Below, one piece after another: positions 1 to 13,116 of a DNA stretch of 58,067 nucleotides (position 1 is the stretch's first letter; the number at the start of each line of letters is the position of its first letter). Under the pieces are notes generated by a model that searched no databases, was not told the origin of the DNA, and saw only the letters and a program-made list of their open reading frames with translations. Source of the stretch: Girardia tigrina (taxonomy: Eukaryota); assembly GCA_001938485.1 (NCBI GenBank), contig MQRK01208160.1:1-58067 (forward strand), in the 5' to 3' direction. Position numbers and translations under genes: made by a program.

Positions 1-686
1 GATGAACCCACGATTTCTTGCGTTTAGAGTTAACATAATAAATCCATTTTTCATCTCCAGTCACAATATTATGCAAAAACGACCATCTTCGTTGTCTTGT
101 AAGCAATGAATTGATTATCGGTAATCGACTATCAATTTTGGCTTGACTCAATTCATGTGGTATCCATTTTTCTTCTTTTTGAATCATTTTAATAGCATGT
201 AGACGTTTACTTATGGCTGCTTGAGTAACATTTAACTGTTTTGCAAGCTCTTTCTCTGTTTAAGTAGAATCTTCCTTCAGTAATGATTCCAAATCTTCAT
301 CTTCGAATCTNNNNNNNNNNNNNNNNNNNNNNNNNNNNNNNNNNNNNNNNNNNNNNNNNNNNNNNNNNNNNNNNNNNNNNNNNNNNNNNNNNNNNNNNNN
401 NNNNNNNNNNNNNNNNNNNNNNNNNNNNNNNNNNNNNNNNNNNNNNNNNNNNNNNNNNNNNNNAACAGTAGTGCTTTCCGCAAATGCTGTTTTGTTGGTA
501 TGAAAGTTGTCATGCTAAAAAGTGATTAAAAATATGTTTATGACGCATTTAAGGTCAATGACCTACTTAATTTTAATGCCTCAATTTCAGCACTTTAAAA
601 ATCTGTACGTACGACTGTAAAATAATGCTTATTACAATGGTTACACCATCTCTTAGAAAATCCAAAAAACTAAGTTATACACTTAA
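1..686 (-). mobile_element. mariner transposon, 5' part (truncated by window edge, gap inside)
   Basis: ORF start MTTFIPTKQHLRKALL at 513. The minus strand of 1-310 reads mariner motifs (KWIPHEL, FLHNIVTGDEKWI). TIR-like end TTAAGTGTATAACTTAG plus TA at about 670-688. Confidence 0.85.
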
Positions 687-849
687 TAAAATATACAATT
701 TACAATGTTAAAATTCTTTAAATGTGTAATGATTTTTAAAAATTAATAAAATTAAACAAAATGTTTAATAATTGTAAATGTTGTTATAATTTTAAACTAT
801 AAAATTTAATTAAAGATAATTATTAGAGAATGATAATATAGATTTTTTT

Positions 850-1750
850 GGGACCTGGAGAGTTTGTGCATCAATGAACCTTATATATCAAAATCTGATG
901 ATGCGTTTTATGTAGCTGCATATAAAATGATTTACAAGGATGACTCCAAGGATTCTCACAATGATGAAGAAAAATTCAATAGGTCAAATTTTTAAGTATT
1001 TATTACAACGAAGTGTCTTCTAACAATTACAGGAAAAGCTAAAATAATGCATACTGATTCAGTGTATAAAATAGTATTGGAAGATATGTCTGTAATGACA
1101 GTTGGTACTAGTTAAGTGGATCGTCATTTTTTACACATTCTGTGTATCAGTCAACCCAAATAAAATAAATGATGATTTCAAATTCATTTTTAATAAATTT
1201 TAAGTGCTCTGTACAATGTAAATTCAACAATGCAACCGGAAACTTTAGTAAATCAGACGCTAATAATGTGTTGGCTGCATATGCAAAGCAGGCTTAATAA
1301 AAATTTAAATGTAGTTGATGATAAATACAAGGAAGATGTAACAGAGAATATAAACAACCTTCAATTGGTACAAACAGTGAAATCTTTCAGAATGTTATGG
1401 AATTATTTTTCAAAAAATGGACTCAAAAAACAAAAGCGGTTTATTGCAATGTGGTTTACTAATCATCAAAATTTGTATGAAGAAGCAAAATAGAAAACAC
1501 TATCTATAAAATATTGTTTAAAGTCATTTACTAACAAAAAAGAGGACACAGTAAGAGAACGATTAACTATTCTGAGAAATTTGGTAGGAAGTTCGTTGTA
1601 TATGCCCTTATTTTTTTCAAAACATATATTTGCAAACATCTAATTGAATTAGTTATTCGTATATATATGTTAAACCACCACTAAATGACAAGGATGATTT
1701 AATTAATAAAAAACACAAACGTTGTAAACCAAGTAAGCCTTCAAAGTGAT
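850..1750 (+). mobile_element. degenerate MULE (Mutator-like) transposase relic with SWIM zinc finger
   Basis: Manual translation across stops and frameshifts gives TTKCLL..MHTDSVYK..VMTVGT..DRHF, LIMCWLHM, and CICPYFFKTYICKH (SWIM-like, about 1597-1640). Confidence 0.65.
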
Positions 1751-1820
1751 TGTTGATTGTTTACTTAATAAAAACTTAATTGTATTTATTTTATTTTTGA
1801 AATTATATTTTTACTAAATA

Positions 1821-2220
1821 CAGGGTCGTCCATTATCCCTGAGCTTTTTGAGATAGTCTTTTTATTGAGGGTAGGAGATAAAATTAACAATGTATACATT
1901 TTAATAGTTATTATTAGTTGTATGTTTAAAAAACTGGAGCACCCTCAGAAGCAAGCGTTAAACAAATTATTTCAAAGTTTTTGGAAACCGCACATGCTAG
2001 CGCAGATTTTAGCAAAGGAAATGAACGAGAGAAAACAGTTAGAACAAGTGAAAACATCAAAAAAATTCGAGAACACTTCCTCTAGGAGCCATCAACATCA
2101 ACAAGAAGAGCATCTCCAGAGCTCAGCATACCTCGCACCACCTTAGAAAGAATTTTAAAAGAAGATTTAAAGATGAAGCCGTATAAAATTCAGATCTGTC
2201 AACCACTCAAGGAGCATTAA
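1821..2220 (+). mobile_element. Tc1/mariner superfamily (DD37D/DUF4817-like) 5' fragment
   Basis: TA|CAGGGTCGTCC terminus at 1821. Translation RTSENIKKIREHFL*EPSTSTRRASPELSIPRTTLERILKEDLKMKPYKIQICQPL. Confidence 0.7.
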
Positions 2221-3689
2221 AATATTCTTTTTTTCCTATTTTGTTAAAATTTATAGAAAGAAATTATTTATCCAATGAATAAGTAAATAATAAAAAAAAT
2301 AAATAAAAAAATAATCAAATCATGAAAAAAATTGAAATAAATAATAAATGAAAAATTTTTAAATCGCTTATTGAGAAAGTTTTATTCCAAAAGCTATGAT
2401 TAATGTTTTCGAACCTCACAAAGTGGATTGGTGGACCGCAAAATTATTAATTGAAACAAATGTATATATTTAATTTATTTATACATATAATTTCATTAAA
2501 TCTGAGTTTCGAAAATTAAACAAAAACAAAAAAAAACAAAAATTCTCCAATTTCTGTAATTGAGATTTCAGATTTCGGAAACCTCAATTGTATTTTTGGC
2601 TCAATATATAAAAAAATAAATTAATTTAATTAATTAAAAGGAATTCGTTACAAATTCAGAAATACTAAACTTTTTTAATTAATTTTTGAAAAAATATTTT
2701 AAAAAGTGAAACTGAAATTTTTTTAACCTAAATCGTTAAGAAAGACTTTTGTTTTCTAATATTAAAAATATATTTATATTACAAATAAAATAAAAAAAAT
2801 ATGTGTTATTGTAAAATTTGATATTCATCTAGATAATTATGTAGTATGATAATTAGAGGTACAGATGTTATTTAATGGGGTCCCATTACTTTATCACCTT
2901 TGCTTCAAGAAATTTGTTTGGCAAGAACAAAATAATTGTTTGAAAAAAGGAATAAAAAACAATTAATTATGATAATAACTCCTTTATAAATAAAGGACCT
3001 TAAAAATCGGTCAAACATATGTGTATTTACAATATTGGACTTTTTTATTTAAAAATAAATGTTTATTTTCAATGAAATCTTATGCTTATTTAAAAAGAAT
3101 ATGACAAAACATTCCCAATCCATGTAAATTGTAAATGGTATTTGTAAAACAAAAAAAATTAGCGTTGGGTGAACCATATTATAAAAATAATTATTAGCAA
3201 ACAACTAAAAAGATAATAATATATAATAAAATATATAATAAGTTATAAACCAAACAATAAATAACGAAAGAGGATAGGTTAGTTAAAGGAATGATCACAA
3301 ATGGAAGGTGTGGACAAACAAAATATCAAACTTTTTCGTTAGTCAATGATACGCTATTCGAAACAGTAATTTAACAAAAGAAGAATTATTCTTCTAGCTC
3401 GTCTGGAGATAATTGATTTTAGAAACTGAATATTTGTCGGTAGGCTCTTCACGACAAAATTTTCTCCACTATGTAACTGGTATGGTTTTGCTGGTGATCT
3501 TCTTAGAATCGAACAAACGTTTTCCATTCTATTTGGAAAATAATCACAGTGGAAACAGATGGATTTGAGAATTTTGTTGAGAGCGGAGTCTCAGAATTTG
3601 TATATTTAATTTGAATGTTTTTTTTAAATTGTCAATCTATCAATATTGGTTAATTTATAGGCAATTTAATTGTTCAAATAAATTATGAG

Positions 3690-4433
3690 GGGTTAATTTA
3701 AATTTTTATCTCGCCTGAATAATTTATTATTTTTTTTTAATTTAAAGAGTAAAATATTTTAATGTTAATATGCTTATTCAATATTTTAAAATTAAAAATG
3801 ATATAATAAAAGAAAATCATAAAAAATAAAATATCTATTTAAAAATAANNNNNNNNNNNNNNNNNNNNNNNNNNNNNNNNNNNNNNNNNNNNNNNNNNNN
3901 NNNNNNNNNNNNNNNGAAAGCAGGTTTAAGAATTAATCCGGAAAAGTGCCATATCTTAAAAACGGAAGTTAAATTTTTGGGACATGTAATTAATGATAAA
4001 GGTTTACAGACGGATCCATCTAAATTAGAAGCCATAAAGACATTTGAAAAACCGAAATGTGTAAAGAATCTAAGAAGTTTCCTTGGAATTTTCAATTATT
4101 ACAGACGATTTATTAAGGACTACGCAACAAGACATTTGAAGAACTGTGTGGATTGAACAAGAAGAAATTGTTATGGACAGACGCATGTGATGTAGCATTT
4201 GAAGAGATGAAAGAGGCTTTAACAACACCACCGATTCTAGGATTCCNNNNNNNNNAGAAAGAATTTATACTGGACACTTAAAAATTAAATCGAAAAGAAT
4301 TTAATAGATTAATTTGGGTCGAGATAATTAAATTAACAGGAAATTTTTTTTTTAATATGTGAATTGTAATATAAATAAATTTTGGTGTTAAAAAAATGAA
4401 TCCTGATATTGAGGTTGCAACCACTTCTCACAT
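3690..4433 (-). repeat. LTR-like repeat, reverse-complement homolog of 29518-29800, interrupted by gaps and the pol fragment
   Basis: TGTGAGAAGTGGTTGCAACCTCAATATCAGGATTC and following AT-rich blocks match 29518-29800 in opposite orientation. Confidence 0.65.
3916..4278 (+). mobile_element. gypsy/Ty3 pol fragment (RT C-terminus to RNase H start)
   Basis: KAGLRINPEKCHILKTEVKFLGHVINDKGLQTDPSKLEAI...RSFLGIFNYYRRFIKDY...LTTPPILGF..KEFILDT. Confidence 0.9.
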
Positions 4434-5779
4434 AAATAAAATTATAAATTATTTATATAAATATATTAATTATATAGTGGGGTTAAATATCCACCTCAAT
4501 TTTCCAACATGTTAAAGACGGCCACTTAAAGTAAGGCCTCACGACTAGGAGTGGAAAGAAACCCAGGAGGATGGTTAAACAAATATTGTATGATGATTAT
4601 ACAGATTGCATCTCCTTCAAACCTTTATATTTATAGAATTTTAAGATTACCATTTGACATCATCAGATATTAGATAATACAATAAGTCATCCAATTAAAC
4701 TAGATTTGAAGCTTATTACTGTGGTAGGGTATGGATTGTCCATAACGTTTCTTTGCAATGATTTAGTAATTTGTGAATTCACTTCATTTACGAATGCTTA
4801 TCTTATAATTCAAGAAAATAACAAAAATATATTTATTATAAAACATTAAACCAGAAGATAAACGTGTTCTATTAATTTATTGGCTTGTATTTTGCAAAAA
4901 CTATTACCTATTGCTGTTTTGGCAATAAATCTAATTGAATCAAAAAGCAATTTTGTCATTTGTTATCATATTAGTAAATCAATAAAATACTGTTTTTATA
5001 AAAAAAAAGATATTTTCGAGAACATAAAATCGTAAAAGAATCTGATTTTCAAAATAAAAATACATATTTTATAAAGAGTGTCCTAAAATTCACGCATCAT
5101 TTGAATTAATTAAAAAACCATAGTTTATATTTTAAAACTTTACTTTTATCGAGACATAAAATGAAAAATTTTGAAAAATCTACATTAATCAAATTGCATT
5201 TAAGGCTTTTTGACATCTGCGTTCTCTTTCGACGAAATTATCCGTGAATATTTTGTATAAATATGGCTGAATTTTATTGAATTGTGGATGAATGCTTCCT
5301 TCAATACACAAGGGATTTTATGGTTGTTATCATAAATCTTTGGCGTCAAGTGAACACAAAAAATCTAATGGTGTTAAATAATGATGATAAATAATAAGCA
5401 AAGGGACAATCACAGATGGAGTGAGAATCGACTTCAATTCTGGTGGTCAAGATCTGACGTATAATCATTTCAGTGGAGATCCGAAGAACGTCAGAGAGTT
5501 TGTTAATAGGGTGAACTACAAGAGAAAATAGGAACATTAAATCCATGTTAGAAGAAACATTATCAAAAGCAATTTATGAATCACGGAGGTCAGTACATAT
5601 TGCCTATGATTTAGTAGGAAAGTAAATAAACTAAAATTGTCAGTAAATTAAAAGTTAAATTGACTGAATATTAATAGGTTAGTAAATAAGTAACCAATTG
5701 ATCAGTAAAAAAACTACTGTTATTAAATTTGCTTAAATCTATATTAATTAACCTAGTAATATTAAGCCAAGGAATACCT

Positions 5780-6130
5780 CTTGCATCAAAGTGATGAAGA
5801 AGTCCACATATAACAACGAAGAAGAGGCTATCAAAGCATTATCGATCGATACACTATGGGGACGTTTGTAGCAGAACCGAAGTTGCGATGGACGAGAAGT
5901 CTATATCGTTGCAAGAAGTTTAAAAAAATAACGTTCCAGGGAATTGTATTTATTGTATTAAGCAGATAAAGAAAACGTTACAGTTTACAAGACTATAGCT
6001 GAACATGAGGAGTGCACAGAAATTCCTGATATACGAGGATTGAGCGAAGAAATCAAAAAAAAACAAATATAATAAATTTTTAATGATGGTATCACAAAAC
6101 CAAAGCAGATTATTTGTGAATTGTAATCAA
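5780..6130 (+). mobile_element. probable MULE transposase N-terminal relic
   Basis: Fragmented translation YRCKK..ELYLLY..VTVYKTIAEHE..RGLSEEIKK..FNDGITKPKQII resembles the N-terminal region of invertebrate MULE transposases. Confidence 0.45.
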
Positions 6131-6489
6131 GAAAAGTAGAACCTACCATCTCTTTGAAACTAAGGACTAAGTCTAATCATAGGCCAAATCTTCAAAAGAT
6201 ATTATTGGTGAAGATGAAGGTCCAAGAGAAATATACTACATACATGCTGGCGTCACGAAGAAAGTAAATAAAAATGATTCAGTTAGATATGAAGAGCAAT
6301 GCTTCACAAATTTTGCACAATTCAAAAATTCTTTTAGCATTTGGCGAATGGAAGAAGTTAACAATTGGATGAACGCAACATGTAACTGGCAAGCATTTCT
6401 GAAGGATTACATCTGTAAGCACTTTGTTGGTATGGAAATTCGTCTCAAACAAAACAAAACACCCGCCATAGCTAAAAAAAAATACTATT

Positions 6490-7079
6490 GGCAAAAAAGA
6501 AAGTGCGGTTGACCGACAAAAGCAAAGAAAGCCTTGATTGTAAAATGACGAAATGACATTCGATCAAGTTGGGGGTAGTGAAGGTCAGCGTCGATGGTAC
6601 AACCATTTGGAACCAGCTCGAAGTGAATCACGCCTTCGAAATTCCACAAAACACACAAAAATGCCTTCCTTGAGAAACAATCTCGTTTAGCTACCGGTTT
6701 TGCCATTTGTCCGGGGTCCAACCATTGATTTTGTTGGTCTGGATTACTGAAGTAAACACACTTTTCATCGCAAGTTACAATTTGACGGATGAAACGGTCA
6801 TCGCGCGGAATTTCAAGCAATATTTGACAAGTTTCGAAACGCTTTTCAGCTTGAATTTGTGTCAATTCATGAGGCACTTCTCGACATCGTCTATTGACCT
6901 TGCCAAGAGCGTGAAGGTGTCGTACAATGAATGTTTGAGGAATATCCAGTTCGGCCGACTATCTGCGAGTAGTTATTGACGGATTTGTCTCGACGGCCAC
7001 ACGAATTGCTCCGGAATCTGCGATGATAGGTCGGCCTAAACGTGCATTGTCTCCGAGGTCAATGTCGCCTTCGTTAAAC

Positions 7080-7082
<3 letters not shown>
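6490..7082 (-). mobile_element. mariner transposase internal fragment
   Basis: PHELTQ, IVTCDEKCVYF, VLWNFEGVIHFELVP motifs. Frameshifted; abuts (TA)n at 7084-7112. Confidence 0.9.
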
Positions 7083-7114
<32 letters not shown>

Positions 7115-8289
7115 CCTTTTTACCTAATCCTAACCCATCTAACCCATTTCCTATCCTTTTTTGTATATGCTTATAAGTGTATATACTGGTCTGTCATGTA
7201 TATGTAATAGGAAATGTTAAAGCACTTATATATCTTAGGTCCGTCTTCGGGCAGAGCACCAAAGAACGGGTGGGAGCATGGGTACGGGGGTTAAATTTCC
7301 TTACTGGCTAAGGGCTCGGGCACGGGCCGGGCCCACTCTAGCCGATTAGTAATTTTAGAATGAGAGAGCATCTAATCTGCTACGTACAATGAAATTATAA
7401 GAATTATTTATTTCTGTAATCATTGTTTAATTATTGAAATCTTTTGCAAAAAGTAAGTTACTTCCGTGAGGGATTATCGAGTGAAACCCTAAAACTTAAA
7501 TCAAGAGGTTGCTTTCAGTTAGTTTGGCGCCTCAGTATCTGGCAACATAAATATACTCGAAAAGTCATAAATCTACTCTTTGAGTTTTAAGGAGGGAGGT
7601 GAAGTATTTATAACGGGCTTCAAACAAACTTTATTACCATTATGTTAAACATGAATTTCCAAATTTTATGAAATTTAAATATTAAATCAGCAAAAAAAAT
7701 TATAATATAAACGAAACATCAATAGTATTCTAAATTACCAAGTAGGTAAAAAGTAAGAAAAAAATTTTTTTGGATAAACAAAAAAATTCTAAAAAGATAT
7801 TTTTACTGACAGAAGCAATTTATTCTTTTCTTCTCCGCATTTTAAATAATTTGACAGTGTTAAATTTTCTGTTATATTTCGTTTGGCTTTTCGTTCACTC
7901 AAATATTGCTAAGAGCTCAACGGATTAGCCTTTATTTTAAGTATTTCTGTGGCAGAGAACTTTAAGCACCGAAATTTCTATTGTAAAAGATAAGCTATCA
8001 TTCATATTTTAGTGGTAAAAATGTATAACTGTTTTAATATTGCTATAAATTTTAACCAGTTTTTTTCTAAACACTGTCGCGTTGGGGAGGTAATTTGTTC
8101 TAAAAAATTCTTGTTAGATTAAATAAAACAATTTGTTAAATAAATTTATTAAAAAAACTCACATAACCTTTATAAAAATTTGTATCTTAATACAATAATG
8201 TAAAAAAAATAAAAAATATAAATATGAATATTATTAAATACATAAATAAACAAATGATATGATAAAGTTGTGTACATAATAAATATTCC

Positions 8290-8815
8290 AAAATTTACAG
8301 TGTTTACCTAATATTAAATTCACTATAGAATCGAAAATGAATAAAAAACTTCCTTCTCTTGACATTCTTGTCACTAAATGAATAGGAAATATCGATCTAA
8401 ATTATATAGAAAAACAAGTTACATTTCTCTACACTATTTCACAAATCTTTTGATAAGAAAATATGGAAAGAGCTTATTTCACAGAGTTTGAAGATTTTCT
8501 TCGAAGTTTAAAACCAAAGTTTATAGTTTAAATATTCTAAGACACTTGAAAGACAACATATACACAAACAGACAGGCAAATCAAAGTATTAATGTTACAT
8601 TGGACAAATTATGTAAATAAACATGAATTAAGAAAGAATAAAGCATTTAAGAACATAAAAAACATTAAAATACCATATTCTCAATGATTTAAAGCATTTA
8701 AGAGGAGTGCAGTAAGTAACAAAGTGGTTTCAATGACATCCAAAGTTCAAAGCTGTCAAATAAATTGGAAATGATTTTTGGATTGCAATCATATCTGGTT
8801 TATAAATTTTCTGTC
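8290..8815 (+). mobile_element. Penelope-like element relic (RT C-terminus to GIY-YIG start)
   Basis: PNIKFTIESKMNKKLPSLDILV..LYRKTS and LQSYLVYKFS motifs; many stops. Confidence 0.6.
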
Positions 8816-8924
8816 AAATCAAGCAACCCTGTCGGTGGAGTTATTGTCAAAAGCTATTGAAACTCAAACAAGGTGTTTTGCATGACTTACAGTCAATTAT
8901 TAAATATATATATATATATATATA

Positions 8925-9856
8925 CAGTATCACTCAAAATGATAAGGATAGTTTTAATAAAAATATATTTCAGCATATACTGTAAAATATACAGGAAACT
9001 GATAGGAAATAAAATAATCAATATTTTACCAACAGGACGTCACACATACTTAATTTCGTCGGATCCAAAGAGATTGATATTACTTTCAACACTCAAAAGT
9101 ACCTTGGACCACTTCTGAACATACCAACGGATGTGATTCTTCGCAAAGACATTTTGATTCTTGACAGAAACAAGTTCCTTTTTTGCTGGACGTCGTCCAA
9201 ACAATCAGCAGCCACTATTAATTTGTCGTTTCGCAGTGGAAATGCTGTACTTGACATTGTAATCACGCGTCATTTCACAATTCAAGTCCATAGTTGTCTT
9301 TCGAGGATCCTCTTCGCTCAAACTTAATAGCTTTTCATAATGTCATTCTTTAGTGACTTTCGAACTCCCAGATGATTTGAAGTTTCTGGTGGTTCCATAT
9401 TGCTTGAATAGCTTCACTGGCTGATATAAGGATGTTTTTGAAGTTTCAAAATCCTTTGATATTTCGCGATAAGATTTTTTATTCTGTATGGCACTCCAGA
9501 TTAATTTCTTGACTGGCGATGCAATGTTTTTTTTACGTTTACCCATGACTTAATTTCTGGCTATTGATTAATTAATAACCCTTTAAATTAACTGAACAAA
9601 AATTATTGCAAAAATTTTAAATTTTATGATCCAAAACGTATAAACATGTTAGCTGTCCTTCTCATTTTGAGCGATACAAAAACGCTTTTGTTTCGATTTT
9701 TGACAATAGGTAAAGTTGCATAAAAACTATTCATGAATTTGGAAATTACAACAACAAATGAACAAAACAATATATAAATTGTTAATATTAATAAGTTTTT
9801 TAAACAATATTTTTTTAAAAATTTTAAAAAAATGCTGTCCTTATCATTTTGAGCGC

Positions 9857-9861
<5 letters not shown>
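8925..9861 (-). mobile_element. internally deleted Tc1-like element with IR/DR terminus
   Basis: Termini CAGTATCACTCAAAATGATAAGGATAG and its near reverse complement ending at 9861, both embedded in (TA)n. An inner copy of the motif lies at about 9652-9676. N-terminal HTH ORF at 9343-9546. Confidence 0.85.
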
Positions 9862-9897
<36 letters not shown>

Positions 9898-10472
9898 CAT
9901 AAATTTTACATTTAGTTGATCAATTTATGAGCCTTTATATTAATTTATGCACTATAAAATTTTATGTACCCCATTTTCTATAAACAAGAATCATAAATTG
10001 TATTAATTATATTTTCAAATTTTAATAAAAAAAACATTTTAAAACAATTTCTTGTACAATTGAAATTATGTTATCCATTGATTGAAAATTAATAAACAGT
10101 TATGAATTAATTCATTATATTTGTTATTTTATTAAATAATTTATTATAAATAAATTTAATAAATTATACCTTCTGAAAGATGTGTTGACAAAATCGTAAA
10201 AATATTTATATGAAAATATTTAGTTTTCAAAATATTGATGATATTGAAGTAATTTTTATAAGATGTTCGAAGGAAACATATTTACAGAAACTCTAAAAGA
10301 AGTGTATTTTAAGAATTATTTTGTATATTTTATATGTCCGCTTACTTTTCTTTTATGTTGATCTTACTTTGAATTATTTCATATTTATAAAAAAATAAGA
10401 CCCCTAGATTGCTTCAGTATTCTACTGGAGAGCTCGGTTTCATACATGTACGTAGTTTTAAAAGATTATAAT

Positions 10473-10867
10473 TGTGAGGAATATTTTGAATGGGGCTTAT
10501 TGTGTGTTGTTTTAGGATTGTGTTTCTCCCACAAAGATTGATATTTTAAATATTTTAAAACGTCAAATTAGTTATTTTATTTTAAAATTTGATTAACTTA
10601 CGTTAAAATTAAATTAATAATCTAAAATATTTTTTTTTTAAATAATTAAAATTAATTTTGTAATTTATATTATAAATTATTTTGAAAGCGAATTTTAAAT
10701 AAATTGTAGTTTAAATTTGTTTAAATAATAAGTTGTTGAGAAAGATAATTAAATTTATCAATCAAGAACGATGACGAGCTAGGAAAGTTTTATGGAGAAT
10801 TGTCCTGGTGACAATTCAAGTTGTGATACAAATAAATGTATTAAAAATCCAATCAGTGTTCTTAATA
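10473..10867 (+). mobile_element. solo LTR (TG...TA family)
   Basis: TGTGAGGAATATTTTG...GTTCTTAATA, homologous to the LTR at 33737-34049 that abuts a PBS. Flanks ATAAT/GTAAT (4/5 TSD match). Confidence 0.75.
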
Positions 10868-11988
10868 GTAATAATGAGAATTTTAGCTAAAAATTAAGAA
10901 ATTAATTAAAATCGATGCAGATAAAAAATTAACAAGTTTTTCGATCAAAATGTTTAAAAAGAATTTTATTTTTAATTTAAATATTTGAAACATTTAATCA
11001 TTGTTTCATTTAAAAGAATATTTATATATACCTTTATAATTTTTCACAGTCAAAATTTAGAAGTTTTTTTTGTTTTTTAGTAGATAATAGAAATAAATAA
11101 ATGTATTTTAATATATATTTCTAGGAAAGTATATTAAAAAAACAATCATTGTACATGTTTCAATCATTCATTGATTATCGTCAGGTGATTATTTTTTGTT
11201 TTGTAAAAATACTTTGTAAAATAAAAATAGAATAGTAATTTAATATTTTATTTAAATTTTATTTTATTAGATAAAAATATAAATTAATATTAATATTCAC
11301 TTAAAAAATTTTAATATATAAATTGAAAATATTTAGTATTGAGGTGGCTTTACGTTTCTCATTTTAGATTTCAATCAATAAGTTATATTGTTTCATTAGT
11401 ATTGATTCAAAATATAAACTCACAAAATGAGAAATAGATCTAGTCAGAAGAATAGAAAATTCATTTTTTGAAATAGATGAGGTGTTTTTGTATGAAATTT
11501 AATTTGATCGACGCGACTGTGAGATTTCACTAATCAGAGTTTGGAGATAACGATGTGCCTCTCCAATTTGGACACACAGGACAATTAAATTTACACACAG
11601 ATTAGCTTTCACTATAATGTTAGTTTTCAATTTCAATGTACAGAATTCTATCAATTTACATTCCACTGATACTATTTGGACATTCTCTATATTCTTATAA
11701 ATTATGTACTAAATTGTTCTAATTCTTCTAAAAATGGAATGTTATAATTTTTCCCGGTATCTTCTTCCTCCTTATTCTCGATGTCGTTAGTGAAGATTCT
11801 GTCAATCATCATCCTAATAATCTTTTTCCTATTGGAGTACATATCTTTAGTTAAACGTTACTTAAGTATATATTTAATTAAAACAAAGAAGAATAAAAAA
11901 AAACGATATCACAAAAAATAAATTCAGTCGATGAGAACGAACCACCTAAAATTATGTAGTTACTTTTTATGAATTTCAAGAAATTATA

Positions 11989-13116
11989 TTAGGTGTACAA
12001 GTATGAAATGCGGATTAAATTTTGAACAGAAATACGTTAAAAACAAAAGAACGATAAAAAAAGCTTTATTCAAAATATGCTCCATTACTAATGATACATT
12101 TGTCCCATCTATATCTCAAATTGTGGATACCTCGCCAGTAAAAGTCTTCCTTTTTTTCCATGAACCATTCATTGACCCATCTTTGTACATTTTCGTAAGA
12201 ATCAAAGCGCTGCTGAGCAAGTGCGTGACCCATCGATGCAATCAAATGGTAATCTGAAGGAGCCAAGTCTGGTGAATAAGCCGCATGAGGTAAAACTTCC
12301 CAATTCATTTCCTCCAACATAGCGTGAACCGGTTTTGATGTATGTGACGAAGCGTTGTCATGGAGAAGAATAACCTTGTGTTGCCTTTTGAGGTATTCAN
12401 NNNNNNNNNNNNNNNNNNNNNNNNNNNNNNNNNNNNNNNNNNNNNNNNNNNNNNNNNNNNNNNNNNNNNNNNNNNNNNNNNNNNNNNNNNNNNNNNNNNN
12501 NNNNNNNNNNNNNNNNNNNNNNNNNNNNNNNNNNNNNNNNNNNNNNNNNNNNNNNNNNNNNNNNNNNNNNNNNNNNNNNNNNNNNNNNNNNNNNNNNNNN
12601 NNNNNNNNNNNNNNNNNNNNNNNNNNNNNNNNNNNNNNNNNNNNNNNNNNNNNNNNNNNNNNNNNNNNNNNNNNNNNNNNNNNNNNNNNNNNNNNNNNNN
12701 NNNNNNNNNNNNNNNAATTCCACATCTTCGAAACCTTTTCGTGGTTTCCCATGGTCCTTATCTGCAACATCAAAGTCACCGCCATGGAAGCGCCGAAACC
12801 ATCGTTCACATGTATCTTGCGATGGGGCATATTCGCCATAAGCTTCTTGGAGTAATCGGTATGATTCAGCAGCAGTTTTCTTTAGATGGTAACCAAAAAT
12901 TAGTACTGTCCGCGAATGCTCCCTGCTTGGCATAAATTTGGACATCTAAAACACAGAAATACAACAATTATTAAAACGCTTTATCAATTTATGAGTTACG
13001 TATGAGACACTACATAATTACTCAATATTATGACATCATTGCCTAACCATTGACCTACTTTTTGCATTGTGCACAATCCGTTTTCTGAAATCCGCATTTC
13101 ATACTTGTACACCTAA
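11989..13116 (-). mobile_element. full-length Mos1-like (mauritiana-subfamily) mariner; middle hidden by a gap
   Basis: Perfect 28-bp TIRs TTAGGTGTACAAGTATGAAATGCGGATT with TA duplication. N-terminus MSKFMPSREHSRTVLIFGYHLKKTAAES; C-terminal HDNA...YSPDLAPSDY. Confidence 0.95.

Noticed and set aside
3916-4278. Genuine insertion of a pol fragment into an LTR
   Set aside because: Bounded by N-gaps, so it may be a gap-filling or scaffolding artefact.
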